64,000 nt of DNA from Eledone cirrhosa (GCA_964016885.1 OZ024745.1:23746001-23810000), one strand, 5' to 3'; positions 44,829 through 61,188 are shown, counted from the stretch's first letter. Translations and numbers: made by a program. The notes: generated by a model not told the origin, from the letters alone.

Positions 44829-45232
44829 TACGAGGGTCAGCTAAAAGGTTCATAAGCTGACCAAGATACTCTCATGGAATGACCAAATGAGGTTTATTTT
44901 TCAACATAGTCTCTGGAAATAAACAATGCAAAGAAGAGTTCAAATACATTGTTTCTACTATTGGCACAAGGCCAGCAATTATTCCAGTGTATTACTGGTA
45001 CTTTATTTTATCGACCCCGTAAGGATGAAAGGCAAAGTTAACCTCGGCGGGATTTGAACTCAGACCATAATGGAGCGTAACTTTTTGGTCTGAGTTCAAA
45101 TCCCGCCGAGCTTAACTTTTCCTTTCATACTTACAGGGTCGATAAAATAAAGTACCAGTAATACACAGATTTCACAGCTCTAGCATCAATCCTTCATAGT
45201 CAGTCTATGAACTTTACAGCCGACGCTCGTTA
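44829..45232. mobile_element. Mariner/Tc1-type MITE containing a nested fold-back SINE (44948-45165)
   Basis: TIRs ta-cgagggtcagctaaaaggttcataagctgac / gtcagtctatgaactttacagccgacgctcg; SINE core present in both orientations. Confidence 0.8.
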
Positions 45233-45364
45233 GTCCTCTCTCATCCTAAATATCTTTGTTTATGCTCCAACCGTTAAAATCAAACATGTTTAATCTGAAG
45301 TGCCGCCATGACAGTGTTCGAATTTTTAAAGTTGTGTTGGTTGCAGATTCGCTACAATAATTAA

Positions 45365-45555
45365 TTGTTTCTACTATTGGCACAAGGCCAGCAATTACAC
45401 AGTGCATTACTGGTTCTTTATTTTATCGCCCCCGTAAGGATGAAAGGCAAAGCTAACCTCGGCGGGATTTTGAACTCAGATCGTAAAAGGCCGTAACTCT
45501 ATGCAGCAAAGCATGGTGTACGAGTCTCTACCGATACTGCCAATCCACGGCCCTT
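45365..45555 (-). mobile_element. Octopus-type SINE
   Basis: Reverse complement of the 36643-36860 type. Confidence 0.85.
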
Positions 45556-45657
45556 GTAATAATTAATGTAATTTCTTTATTGCATTCAATATTTGAACGT
45601 ATGGTCTTCCTCTGGATATTCCAGTATCTACACCTTATAAGAATGTTTCCGCTGCTG

Positions 45658-45935
45658 GTTCACATACACTCTCCTGTTTCACATACACTCTCCTGTTTCA
45701 CATAGTCTCCTGTTTCACATAGTCTCCTGTTTCACATAGTCTCCTGTTTCACATACACTCTCCTGTTTCACATACACTCTCCTGTTTCACATAGTCTCCT
45801 GTTTCACATAGTCTCCTGTTTCACATACACTCTCCTGTTTCACATACACTCTCCTGTTTCACATACACTCTCCTGTTTCACATAGTCTCCTGTTTCACAT
45901 ACACTCTCCTGTTTCACATACACTCTCCTGTTTCA
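45658..45935. repeat. 19/17-bp minisatellite (cacatacactctcctgttt / cacatagtctcctgttt)
   Basis: About 15 tandem units, read directly. Confidence 0.95.
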
Positions 45936-45989
45936 ACCATTTAAAAAAATATTTAAAAGATTTTTAAGTAATTAAAGAAAAGGATAATA

Positions 45990-46716
45990 TACGAGGCTCG
46001 CCTTAAGGATAATAGGCTGAAATATTCATAGGTGAAAAGTTCATAGGCTGAAATATTCACAGGTGAAAAGTTCATAGGCTGAAAAGTCCATAGGTGAAAA
46101 GTTCATAGGCTGAAATATTCACAGGTGAAAAGTTCATAGGCTGAAAAGTCCATAGGTGAAAAGTTTATAGGCTGAAATTTTCATAGGTGAAAAGTTCATA
46201 GGCTGAAATATTCACAGGTGAAAAGTTCATAGGCTGAAAAGTCCATAGGTGAAAAGTTCATAGGCTGAAATATTCACAGGTGAAAAGTTCATAGGCTGAA
46301 ATATTCACAGGTGAAAAGTTCATAGGCTGAAATATTCACAGGTGAAAAGTTCATAGGCTGAAATATTCACAGGTGAAAAGTTCATAGGCTGAAAAGTCCA
46401 TAGGCGAAAAGTTTATAGGATGAAATATTCATAGGTGAAAAGTTCATAGGCTGAAAAGTCCATAGGCGAAAAGTTTATAGGCTGAAATATTCATAGGTGA
46501 AAAGTTCATAGGATGAAATAATCATAGGTGAAAAGTTCATAGGCTGAGTAAGATGCTTTCACGTAATGACTAAATGAGGTTTATTTCAACATAGTTTCTG
46601 GAAAGAAACAATGAAGTTATTAATAAGAAGAGTTGAAGTTAATGCATGCAAGATTTTTCGCAGCTCTAGCAGCACTCCTTCATAGTTACCTATGAACATT
46701 TAAGCCGATCCTCGTA
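45990..46716. mobile_element. Same MITE with its left TIR expanded into a 15/16-bp minisatellite
   Basis: tacgagg...(ataggctgaaatattc/acaggtgaaaagttc)n at 46012-46546, then MITE body and gccgatcctcgta. Confidence 0.8.
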
Positions 46717-47126
46717 TTATATTCAACAATAGGTTCAAATTAATTAAACTGCGTCTATGTTTACTTAATCCTTATATAATAGACATGAGTTAACTATAAA
46801 ACATTTACACACTTGATATATGTCCATATTGAGCATGTATCTGTAGCACATTGCATTCGAAACATAATTGAGAAAAATAATAAATTTCTGGCATAAAAAT
46901 ATAGATTTCCAAGAGAAATCCAGCGGTTTTCTCTTAAACTGAAGATGGCCTCACAAAGAAAACTTCTGGTACATTTATAGCTACTTCTCAACGTGAGACA
47001 CGCCGAGTATTCTGCTAGTATATATATATATATAGCATAAGTATATATTATAGTGATAATAATTAAAATAATATTATTAAGTGGAGAATTAAAACTTTAC
47101 CGGCTGGTTAGAAGCTCAATGTAATG

Positions 47127-47213
<87 letters not shown>

Positions 47214-47219
47214 TAAAGA

Positions 47220-47545
47220 GGAATGGGTGATGTATCAAAACACAATTTATTAACACTTTACATATGTTTCTCCTCAAGGCAGGATCTGTTACAGATCGAA
47301 CCTGACTCTGCATTCGCAAGGTCCTCAGATATGTTTTGCGCTTTCAAAGAATTTCATCCGGATGATGATGCTGAGTATAGTAATGGTGACGGTGTTGGTG
47401 AAGTGTTTTTTCCTATTGTTGTTGTTGGTATGGGTAATGGTGGTGGTCGTTCGTTCTGTAACAGATCCTGCCTTGAGCTGATCGACGGAGAAACATATGT
47501 AATATGTTAATAAATTGTGGTTTGATGCATCGCTGATTCCTCGTT
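47220..47545 (-). mobile_element. Family H-like module with long-stem-II HHR and inverted partial copy
   Basis: aacauau-CUGAGGA-[51 nt]-GAAACAUAUGUA at 47252-47335 (-); inverted arm at 47450-47545. Confidence 0.65.
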
Positions 47546-47627
47546 ATCTATAATAATATACTCTGCTCTGCGCAAGCATGGAGTGCTCAAACGGCATACC
47601 ACCTACAGCTGCACTTATGGCAACCAT

Positions 47628-48898
<1,271 letters not shown>

Positions 48899-49687
48899 CC
48901 AGGTTTTTAGAGAAGTAATTTGATTGGTTGGTAAATAATAATAATAAATTTCGCGCTGAAATATATTTAAAAAAAAAAAGACTCCAGTTGCGATTTTATT
49001 TTTTTCCCCATGCTTTCACTCGTGTAGGACACCTCGGTTATTTTCATTTTGTAAAAAAAACCTCACTTTCTAATATATATATATATATATATATGAACAA
49101 GTTTAACCCCGACGGCAGAGCTCGACGGCTATTTCTGGACTAGACGTAGTCCAGAAATAGCCGTCGAAATAGGCTTGAGCTCTGCCGTTGGGGTTAAACT
49201 TTTTCCTATTACCCACTCTACTACCCTAAGTATTGAGTACGCTGGTGCGTTATGGTCCATCTGGTTCCTTACCACACCTCCTTCGTTATATATATATCAC
49301 TCGTTGTTTTCGCTTTTTCATTTATGTGCAAATTTTATTTATTTTTTTTGTATATTTTCCTCTTTTTCTTTTTTTTTCTTTTACATTGTCCAAAGCTTCC
49401 AGTAATTTCTACATTAATTACACGTAAACACACACAGACATATATACACACTTTTATGCAAACATACAGACATATATTTACTTATATAGATATATACATA
49501 CATATATACACAGACATACATTTGTGCATACAACCACATATATACATATGTACATACATACACACACAAGCAGAATGAGTTTACTAATGAGCATGGCTGT
49601 GTAGGAAGAGGATGGTGAGAAAACAAGTAGCAAGAAACGTGAGTCTGCCAGTTTCTCTCTTTCTCTTTATATATATATATATATATT

Positions 49688-49737
<50 letters not shown>

Positions 49738-49821
49738 TGTAATAAACAACATAAGATAATTATTTCATTTACCAGTGGTTTCTTGAAAGAAAACAAATCT
49801 GCTTTCTGACGGAATTACTTC

Positions 49822-49899
<78 letters not shown>

Positions 49900-49900
49900 C

Positions 49901-49936
<36 letters not shown>

Positions 49937-50865
49937 TATATATACATATTCACATATATATAATATATGTGAATATGTATATATATATATATATGAGTAA
50001 AAACTACAGTTTTAGCGTGCAAGATAGACGTTAAACGTTGATGATGATGATGATGATATATATACCACAAATTATCTGTTAGACACACGCATACACACAC
50101 AACACTATATAGGCCATATCATACACACACATACACACACACACAAACTATACCATATGTACACGCATTCACACACACACATAAACCATACCATATGTAC
50201 ACACTCTCACACACACACACAAACCATACCATATCTACACACATACATACACCCCCCCTATACACACACATACCCACACACCCACACACACACACACACA
50301 CAATGACCCACAACCACACACCCCCACACACACACAAACCATACAATATGTACACATCCATACCCCCCCCCCCCCCACATACACACACCCGCTCACCCAC
50401 ACACCCACACACACACACAACCATACCATATGTACACACACACATACACCCCCACATATACCCACACACACACACTCACACACCCACCCACACACACACA
50501 CACCATACCATATGTACACACACACATACCCCCCCCCCACACCCCACACACAAACCATACCATATGTACACACACACATACACCCCACCCCAATCCCCCA
50601 CACACACAAACCATACCATATGCACAAACATTAATCTTTTGACACAACACCCAACCTCTGTTCCACCGCATCTCCACCCCCACTCTTTCTTCTCAATCTC
50701 TTCTAAAATCTCTCTTTATCTCTCATAAATATATACACATATACACACACACTACACACGTACAGAGAGAGAGAGAGAGACACGCACACATATACACATA
50801 CACACAGTTCCAGCCAGCCACACACACACAGACACACACACACACATATATATATAGTGTATGTT

Positions 50866-50915
<50 letters not shown>

Positions 50916-51149
50916 GTTATACATACACACATATACATATACAGTTATACACACACACCTATACACATATACACATTAAACATCATAAGCCAATGTTTGA
51001 CTATATATTACTACACACATCACACCATACACACGAATACATCACACCATATTCACAAATAGACATACACATACACACACATACACACAAATACACACAC
51101 ACACTCACACACACACACACGTCATCTCCGACTCCTCTGCTACTTCCGA

Positions 51150-53100
51150 CGTCGCCGCCAACAACACCAATAACGCCAACAACACCACCGATACCAACAA
51201 CATCGACATCACCACCAACACCACCAACACCACCAACACCACCAAGACCGACATCACCACCAACACCACCAACACCACCAACACCACCAACAACAACAAC
51301 ACCACCAACACCACCAACACCACCAACACCACCAACAACAACAACACCACCAACACCACCAACACCACCAACACCACCAACACCACCAAGACCGACATCA
51401 CCACCAACACCACCAACACCACCAACAACAACAACACCACCAACACCACCAACACCACCAACACCACCAACACCACCAACACCGACATCACCAACAGCAC
51501 CACCATCACCACAAACACCACCAACACCACCAACACCACCAACACCACCAACACCAACAACACCACCACCAACACCACCAACACCAACAACACCACCAAC
51601 ACCACCAACACCACCAAGACCGACATCACCACCAACACCATCAACACCAACAACACCACCAACACCACCAACACCACCAACACCACCAACACCACCAAGA
51701 CCGACATCACCACCAACACCACCAACACCACCAACACCAACAACACCACCAACACCACCAAGACCGACAACACCACCAACGCCACCAACACCACCAACAC
51801 CGACAACACCACCAACACCACCAACACCACCAACACCACCAACACCACCAAGACCGACAACACCACCAACACCACCAACACCGACAACACCACCAACACC
51901 ACCAACACCACCAACACCACCAACACCAACAACACCACCAACACCACCAACACCGACAACACCACCAACACCACCAACACCACCAACACCACCAACACCA
52001 CCAAGACCGACAACACCACCAACACCACCAACACCACCAACACCGACAACACCACCAACACCACCAACACCACCAACACCACCAACAACACCACCAACAC
52101 CACCAACACCAACAACACCACCAACACCACCAACACCACCAACACCACCAAGACCGACAACACCACCAACACCACCAACACCGACAACACCACCAACACC
52201 ACCAACACCACCAACACCACCAACACCGACAACACCACCAACACCACCAACACCACCAACACCACCAACACCACCAACACCACCAAGACCGACAACACCA
52301 CCAACACCACCAACACCACCAACACCGACAACACCACCAACACCACCAACACCACCAACACCACCAACACCGACATCACCACCAACACCACCAGCACCAG
52401 CAACTCCGACAACACCACCAACACCAACATAACCACCAACACCAACATAACCACCAACACCACCAACACCACCAACACCGACAACACCACCAACACCACC
52501 AACACCACCAACACCACCAACACCACCAACACCACCAACACCACCAAGACCGACAACACCACCAACACCACCAACACCACCAACACCGACAACACCACCA
52601 ACACCACCAACACCACCAACACCACCAACACCGACATCACCACCAACACCACCAGCACCAGCAACTCCGACAACACCACCAACACCAACATAACCACCAA
52701 CACCAACATAACCACCAACACCACCAACACCACCAACACCAGCAACTCCGACGACACCACCAACACCACCAACTCCGACAACACCAGCAACTCCGACAAC
52801 ACCACCAACACCAACATAACCACCAACACCAACATAACCACCAACACCACCAACACCAGCAACTCCGACAACACCACCAACACCACCAACACCACCAACA
52901 CCAGCAACTCCGACAACACCACCAACACCACCAACACCAGCAACTCCGACAACACCACCAACACCAACATAACCACCAACACCACCAACACCACCAACAC
53001 CACCAACACCGACATCACCACCAACACCACCAACACCAGCAACTCCGACAACACCGACAACACCAACACCGACATAATGACCAACACCACCAACGCCAAC
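51150..53100. repeat. (ACCACCAAC)n 9-bp-based satellite
   Basis: Read directly; variant units aagaccgac, agcaactccgac, aacataacc. Confidence 0.95.
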
Positions 53101-53551
53101 ATCGCTGCCATCTCTGTATTGCACAAAGCCAGTAATTTCCTCTACAAGTGGACAGTTTCAGATTTAAGTTTCCCCCTTAATCCTATGTCATATTGATCGA
53201 GCGGCCATTTTTTCTTGTTTGCTTCTTCCTCCAAAGTCACACAACAAACATGGATTCTCGATAGACTCTCTTTCTCAGACAGCTATACACATGCACTCTC
53301 TTTCCGTCTCACTCTCTTCCCCTTTCTCTCTCTCATACGCACTGCCTCACATACACACACACGTACATATATATGCTTCTGCATCTGAGCTTGTCTCATC
53401 GATGGCCAGTTGGCTGTTAGCAGTTGTTGGTTAGTTGTGGTGTGTCCATGGCAGTGACGCTGTGGTGGGAGTGGTGCGGCGGCCGAGCTGTGATGTGATG
53501 ACTATGTGGAGGGTGGAGGAAACTGTGATGTGATTGTTACTATATTTATAG

Positions 53552-53668
53552 CCTGGGTGTGATTCTGGATGTCGACGAGGATAATCTAAACAATCTTTTC
53601 TGGAGGGCTTCCAGATAGAGAAAAACTGCCAATTTCCAAAAGACCTTGACCTGGAAATGCTACAAGAG
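53552..53668 (+). other. Exon-like segment with no single open frame
   Basis: tttatag acceptor and GAG|gtgagt donor; LGVILDVDEDNL in one frame, KQSFLEGFQIEKNCQFPKDLDLEMLQE in another. Confidence 0.3.
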
Positions 53669-53948
53669 GTGAGTACGTATCTGGCTGTTTGGGATAAACT
53701 CTCCAACGACGGTCATATGTAACCACTAGCAACAGAAATTATCAGAGATGTACATAGGGTGACAAAACCATCTGGTAGGCAGTCGTACAGAGTATTGTCT
53801 GTGAATTGACGATTCATGGGTTTATGGTGAACAGATGTTATCATGTGAAGAATGGTTTCATCTACTGGATGAGTCTATTGTGAAAATGACACATTGCTTT
53901 TCTTTGGAAAAAACATACATGCATGCATACATAAACACACACGCACAC

Positions 53949-54117
<169 letters not shown>

Positions 54118-55633
54118 CATACATACATACATCATACATACATATATACAGACAGACGTACATAAATACATCATACATACACACAGGGCCGGTAGAAACA
54201 TTTCTGAATTGGAGGGTGGGCAGCAAATTTGGACAATTTAGTTTTAGCGATTTGTTTAGCTCTCTGCACTCTCAAATGGTCAGGAAACTTCGATAAGCGA
54301 TAAACATAACATGTACATAAATTATAGCGCATATCCAAATAGATGTGTGTTTTGGTAGTTTGGGGAGAAGATATAATTATTGGAGGGGTTCAAGTAAGTC
54401 CATAGAATCATTAGATAAAATATATACAGTATTTCTTCTCCCAATCAGCATAAATCAACCACACAAAAAATCATTTAAACGAGGCTATAAGTTTAAAATA
54501 CATATAAACTAGACAAAGCCATATATATATATATATGTTTTTGGCAACCATATATATATATATGGCTATTGATGATCTTTGTTACTCTTAAGTGTCACCT
54601 ACATACTCACAGGATCACCAGTCTTGTCTGGTGAGTACGTGGGTGACACTCCAGAGTAAATGTATATTTACACTCTTCTCCGGTATTGAGTTTTTTCCTT
54701 CTTACGTCTGTCAATAATTCACATAATCTCAGGTCTTGAATAATCGCCCCCCACCCCGCTTATTAATTTGTAAGATTCTCCCCCCCCCCCGGGTTTTATT
54801 CTACCCCACCCCTCACCTGCTTATTAAATGTTGCTAATCTATCTTCGGCAAAATCTTATTGTAACTGATTCATATCGATACAGCAGCTGGAGAATCTAAT
54901 AATTTTATTTTATATTAAAAAACATTATATATGACAAACGAAGAACTTTACAAGAAATCCCATATTTACGGACGTACCCTATACAATTACTGATTTCCCA
55001 AGCCTCCCCCCATCATTGCCACCCTATTATTTGGGACCCGAGAGTGCCACCAAACTCTCCTCCCCTCTATGTCTATCACATAAAACTCTCTTTTAATCCC
55101 CCTCTCTGTATCTACTAAAACCAAATGTTACCCCTCTTTATATCTACCTATATCTCTCTAAATCACCGCCTCTCTTATCCCACTCTCTATATCTAAGACT
55201 AATACACTCTCTCACTCTCTGTAAATATCTCTCCTAATCTCTCCTAATCCCCTTCTGTATATCAGTCACCCCTAAACTCTCAACCTCTCTATATCTACTA
55301 CACAGCACTCTCCCATTATCCCTCTCTGTATATCTATAACCAGCGAATTAAATTATCCCACTCTCTTTATCTACTACACAGAACTCTCTTCCAATCCCCT
55401 CTCTATATCCATTAACACCAATCTCTCCCCCTCTCTATATCTACTACACGAAACACTCTTCCAATCCTCCTCTCTATATCAATTACCATCAAACTCTCTC
55501 TATATCTATATCTATCTCTCCCAACTGTCTCTACATTACATGTATATAAATTGTAGCGCATATACAAATAGATGTGTGTTTTGGTAGTTTGGGGAGGGAA
55601 ATATAATTATTGAGGGGGCTTGACAAGAACAGT

Positions 55634-55683
55634 TCTTGTCTGATAACCCCGTGATAAACAGGCGAAACTCCAGAGTATCAAGA
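55634..55683 (+). ncRNA. Degenerate hammerhead motif (G8A)
   Basis: ucuugu-CUGAUAA...GGC-GAAA-CUC-ca-GAG-UA-ucaaga; more decayed sibling at 54621-54660. Confidence 0.5.
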
Positions 55684-56149
55684 CTCACTTTTAAGCATAA
55701 TGCAATAGACACCACTCACTTATATGTGTTTATACTTATGTATCTATATGTATATGTATCTTCTATAAGTTGTCCTAAATCCCTTATGGTCGAGTAAAAG
55801 TTATGCTGAAATAGACTGCTTTTTTTAGCAACTCTGTTACTCGCCAACAGTCTGTCCTTCACCACCCCTCTGTTAACCGTAAAACCACGTGATAATATCT
55901 TTCTCCTTTCGAAAATTGTAACTGGTGGCGGTCACTTTGGAGAAAACAGTCCTATTCGGAGAGAATCTCTTGAAAAGCCTGCTACCTCACAGCTTACCTG
56001 TACTCTAGCTTCACTATAGCTGAGATGCCAGATAAGGGGTTCGAACTCGGGCTGATAGAATCAATAGCAAAAATGGAAAAAAAAATAATAGTATTAAGAT
56101 ATATTTAATTGTCCCTCGCTACTGTATGTATGTTTAAAGTCTTTTTTTA

Positions 56150-56820
<671 letters not shown>

Positions 56821-57072
56821 GGTTGCAGCTATGTTTCTTTTGCCGACTCCTCTATCACTACCTCCACGTGGAACCCAGATCGTTTTCACTTTCATATCCC
56901 CCTATCATCTATTTGTCCCTATCACACCTGTTAATTTCCCTCCCTCTTTACAAATTCCATAATTCTTTAATCCGCACACCTTCAGCTTTCTCTATCAGAA
57001 GCGATGCGTTAAAGTAAATGAAATTAGGTCGATGCATAAATGTCCTTTTATAAGTCAATCGTATTGATCATA

Positions 57073-57272
57073 TTCAAGGTCGGCTGAAAAGTTCATAGGC
57101 TGACTATGAAGGAATAATGATAGAGCTGTGAAATATTGCATGCATTAATTTTAACCCTTCTTATTAACAACTGCATTGTTTATTTCCAGAGACTGTTGAA
57201 AAACAAACCTCATTTGGTCATTCCATGAGAGTATCTTGGTCAGCTTATGAACTTTTTAGCTGACTCTCGTAC
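57073..57272. mobile_element. Mariner-type MITE (~200 bp, uninterrupted); further copies 57585-57715, 57853-57995, 63826-64000
   Basis: TIR ggtcggctgaaaagttcataggctgac ... gtcagcttatgaactttttagctgactctcgta. Confidence 0.8.
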
Positions 57273-57731
57273 AACTATTGTGCGTCTTACATAAAATTTA
57301 TCAGCAAATCAGGATATCGGCTCCATTGGGTCTGCTACTGTGAGAACCCACTGGCGTTTCGTACCAAATGATGTTGTAAGTGTGGATCAGCTTTTCCATG
57401 CTATTATTCCTGAAAACATCTTTAATTGAAAAAACAATTCTAAGAGATCACAGCACCGATATTATGAGCTTGTGGTTAGAATGTCTGAAGCACACACTCA
57501 CTGACAAACGTTTAGAAATGTATAATAGATGTACAGGGAAAGAGAGACGTATTCGATGGATATGTGGTTATATAGATATATGTTAAAAGATAAATTTCAT
57601 TTGGTCATTCTATGAGAGTAGCTTGGTTAGCCTATGGACTGTTTAGCCTATAAAGGAGTGATGCTAGAATTGTGAAATCTTTCATTCATTAATTTCAGCA
57701 TTTCTTATTAACGGTTTTCTCGATTTGTCAG

Positions 57732-57805
57732 TGATAAGAATCTGGCAAGGGAAGTTGAGCGGCAGAAGGTCTTCAGAGAAGAAAAACCTCACACCTACCC
57801 TACAT
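57732..57805 (+). CDS. Candidate small internal exon (GC donor)
   Basis: tttctcgatttgtcag acceptor, open frame DKNLAREVERQKVFREEKPHTYPT, gcaagt donor; no homology recognised. Confidence 0.2.
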
Positions 57806-58320
57806 GCAAGTGTTTCGGTCCCTTGTCTATTGTTTTAACTCCAGTTTCACATATGCGAGGGCCAGCTGAAAAGTTCATATGCTGACTATGAAGGAATGAT
57901 GCTAGTGCTATGAAATCTTGCATGCATTAATTTCAACTCTCCTTATTAATAACTGCCTTGTTTCTTTCCAGAGACTATGTGGAAATATAAACCTTATACT
58001 GTTGTTTTTGTTGCTACTGTTGTTGTTGCTACTGTTGTTATTGCCATTGTTATTGTTGTTGTTGTTGACATTGTGACCCTTCAGTGAAATAATGTCATAT
58101 ATTGCCAATCATCACAGATATTAAAAAAAAACAAGATTAGCAAACTAAAATAAATAAAAGAAAAAGAAATCCGGGCAATTATACGTTGTTATTAAATTTT
58201 ATTAAATATTTTAAATGTTTCTATGTTGCTACCAGTTGGTTGTTGTAATGTTGTCAACAATATAAATTTATACTTTGTTCAGCCAACTGTCATCTACATA
58301 CTAGCTACACATCTCTCGGC

Positions 58321-59450
58321 AAGCCAGGAATAAGAGTCACATCTCACACCAAACCAGGAATAAGACCCACATCTCACACCAAACCAGGAATAAGAGTCAC
58401 ATCTAACACCAAACCAGGAATAAAAGCCACACCTCACACCAAACCAGGAATAAGACACACATCTCACACCAAACCAGGAATAAGAGCCACATCTCACATG
58501 AAACTGTGAATAAGAGCCACATGTCACACCAAACCAGGAATAAGAGCCACATGTCACACCAAACCAGGAATAAGAGCCACATCTCACACCAAACCAGGAA
58601 TAAAAGCCACATGTCACACCAAACCAGGAATAAGAGCCACATGTCACACCAAACCAGGAATAAGAGCCACATCTCACACCAAACCAGGAATAAGACACAC
58701 ATGTCACACCAAACCAGGAATAAGAGCCACATGTCACACCAAACCAGGAATAAGAGCCACATCTCACACCAAACCAGGAATAAAAGCCACATGTCACACC
58801 AAACCAGGAATAAGAGCCACATCTCACACCAAACCAGGAATAAGAGCCACATCTCACACCAAACCAGGAATAAAAGCCACATCTCACACCAAACCAGGAA
58901 TAAGAGCCACATCTCACACCAAACCAGGAATAAGAGCCACATCTCACACCAAACCAGGAATAAAAGCCACATCTCACACCAAACCAGGAATAAGAGCCAC
59001 ATGTCACACCAAACGAAGAATAAGAGCCACATGTCACACCAAAGCAGGAATAAGAGCCACATCTCACACCAAACCAGGAATAAGACCCACATCTCACACC
59101 AAACCAGGAATAAGAGCCACATCTCACACCAAACCAGGAATAAAAGCCACATCTCACACCAAACCAGGAATAAGAGCCACATGTCACACCAAACGAAGAA
59201 TAAGAGCCACATGTCACACCAAAGCAGGAATAAGAGCCACATCTCACACCAAACCAGGAATAAGACCCACATCTCACACCAAACCAGGAATAAGAGCCAC
59301 ACCTCACACCAAACCAGGAATAAGAGCCACATCTCACACCAAACCAGGAATAAGACACACATCTCACATGAAACTGTGAATAAAACCCACATCTCAGGCC
59401 AAACCTGAATAAGGCCCACATGTCATACCAAACCAGGAATAAGACCCACA
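58321..59450. repeat. 30-bp minisatellite (aaaccaggaataagagccacatctcacacc), ~37 copies
   Basis: Exact 30-bp period; 180-bp higher-order duplication marked by aaacgaagaa at 59011 and 59191. Confidence 0.97.
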
Positions 59451-59599
59451 AAATATTCTCAAATTGGATTATATTTATCATCTTTCCTTCAATAACACAG
59501 ATACATAATCCCTGCAAACACCAAGAACTGATTCCATCTACTGAGTCTTGTTCTATATGGTCCCTCCAGCATTATCTATTATTATGCTGTTGATATTTC

Positions 59600-59790
59600 T
59601 CCTACTGCCTAACTGATCTTTGCTATTCCCATAAAGATCAATTGGTTGAGGACCTTGCTGAGTCTGTGTCTTGTGAAGCCTCTACAACCTACCTCAAAAG
59701 TTCCTCTTCTTGGATAGCTAAGAATAATGTGTCCTGTTATTTCAGTAGTCATACCATCAAATCCTGGATCAAATGATGTAGAGAGATAGA
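59600..59790 (-). pseudogene. Decayed HERO/NeSL-like restriction-like endonuclease fragment
   Basis: Minus-strand GHIILS...FEVGCRGFTRHRLSKVLNQL (EVGCRGF motif). Confidence 0.6.
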
Positions 59791-59851
59791 CTGATGGATA
59801 TACCAGATGTACCAGCGAAGCGGGAGACAGATATCAGATAGATAGATAGAG

Positions 59852-59902
<51 letters not shown>

Positions 59903-59905
59903 AAG

Positions 59906-59967
<62 letters not shown>

Positions 59968-60037
59968 GGGGGAGGAGAGAGTGAGATGGGTAAATAGTTG
60001 GATAGGTAGGCAGAAAGACAGAGACACACAGACAGAT

Positions 60038-60290
60038 ATATTTCTTTATTAGCCTCAAGGGCGCACAAGAAAAGGGGACAAAACAAAGACATGCCGGGGA
60101 TTTTACATACAATCGTGTAAAAATATAAAACAAATAATTATAACAATCGAAATCCTCAATAGGGGGAGGCGTCACAAATGGGTTGTTTAATACCCCGTCG
60201 ATAGAACAACCCTCAACTTCAGGAGCGTGTTGTGCAAGTGCTCCTTTCTTCCTTTTGCCCTCTTCTTTAACCTACAGGATAAGGAGGTAG
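60038..60290 (-). mobile_element. Tx1-family LINE 3' UTR fragment (diverged subfamily)
   Basis: Colinear with 43570-43813: ctgtaggt, ggagc, ggggtat, ttgagga, tatgtaaa, tgtcccctt, ggc-t-aataaa. Confidence 0.8.
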
Positions 60291-60408
60291 ACAGGAATAT
60301 AGATAGATTGGGAGAAAAGGAGATAGACATTTTATTTCACGAGGCTCGATAGATCAAATATATAAGAACCCTAGAGCAAATCCCAAGCAACGCCGGGCCA
60401 TTCTGCTA

Positions 60409-60469
<61 letters not shown>

Positions 60470-60866
60470 ACGAAGAAAGTGTGGTAAGGAACCAGGTGGA
60501 CCATAACGCACCAGAGTACTCGATACTTTGGGTAGTAGAGAAATAGCTGTCGAAACGGCTTGAGCTCTGCCGTCGGAGTTCTGACTCTTTTCCAATATAT
60601 ATGTAGATAGATAGATAGATAGAAAGATACCGCTAAGAGGAAGATTTGTCTTAACGATGAGGCCTAAAATTCAAGATTGACCTCCTCCGTGGTGACACCA
60701 ACGACCTAAGAAAGGTCAAGTGTCAAAGCAATGAAGTGAAAACCAGAAAATCCAATAACAACATTCCAGAGGCGGTGTACTGTGAAATTGTTGCTGCTGG
60801 TATTTACAATCACCTCCTTCATACACTCTTTCCCTCTCCCCCCTCTCACCCCCCCCCCTCTCTCTA

Positions 60867-60955
<89 letters not shown>

Positions 60956-61044
60956 CGTGATCCCCGTTTCACTTCCTTCCCATTTTCCTGATGCCTCCCC
61001 GTCTCTCTCTCTTTCACTTTTTCTCACTCACATACACACACACA

Positions 61045-61095
<51 letters not shown>

Positions 61096-61188
61096 CTCTT
61101 GAACTCTTCCTATATATATATATACATATTTATATATATATATATATTCATCTACGGACTCTCTCTCTCTCTCTCACACACACACGCA

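Noticed and set aside
50861-53126. Pro/Thr- or Gly/Val-rich ORFs (extensin- or silk-like)
   Set aside because: 9-bp satellite that is open in several frames on both strands
55998-56051. 54-nt minus-strand exon candidate (cag|CCCGAG...CAG|gtaagc)
   Set aside because: Open in two frames, no recognisable homology, and contains a B-box-like GAGTTCGAACCC suggesting a SINE remnant
58294-59517. 30-bp array as a CRISPR array or a Cys/Trp repeat protein
   Set aside because: Units are contiguous with no unique spacers, no cas genes, eukaryotic context; ORFs on both strands are a by-product of the repeat
60660-60830. Short protein-like frame (KIDLLRGDTNDLRKVKCQ...AVYCEIVAAG)
   Set aside because: No motif I can assign and no convincing splice signals
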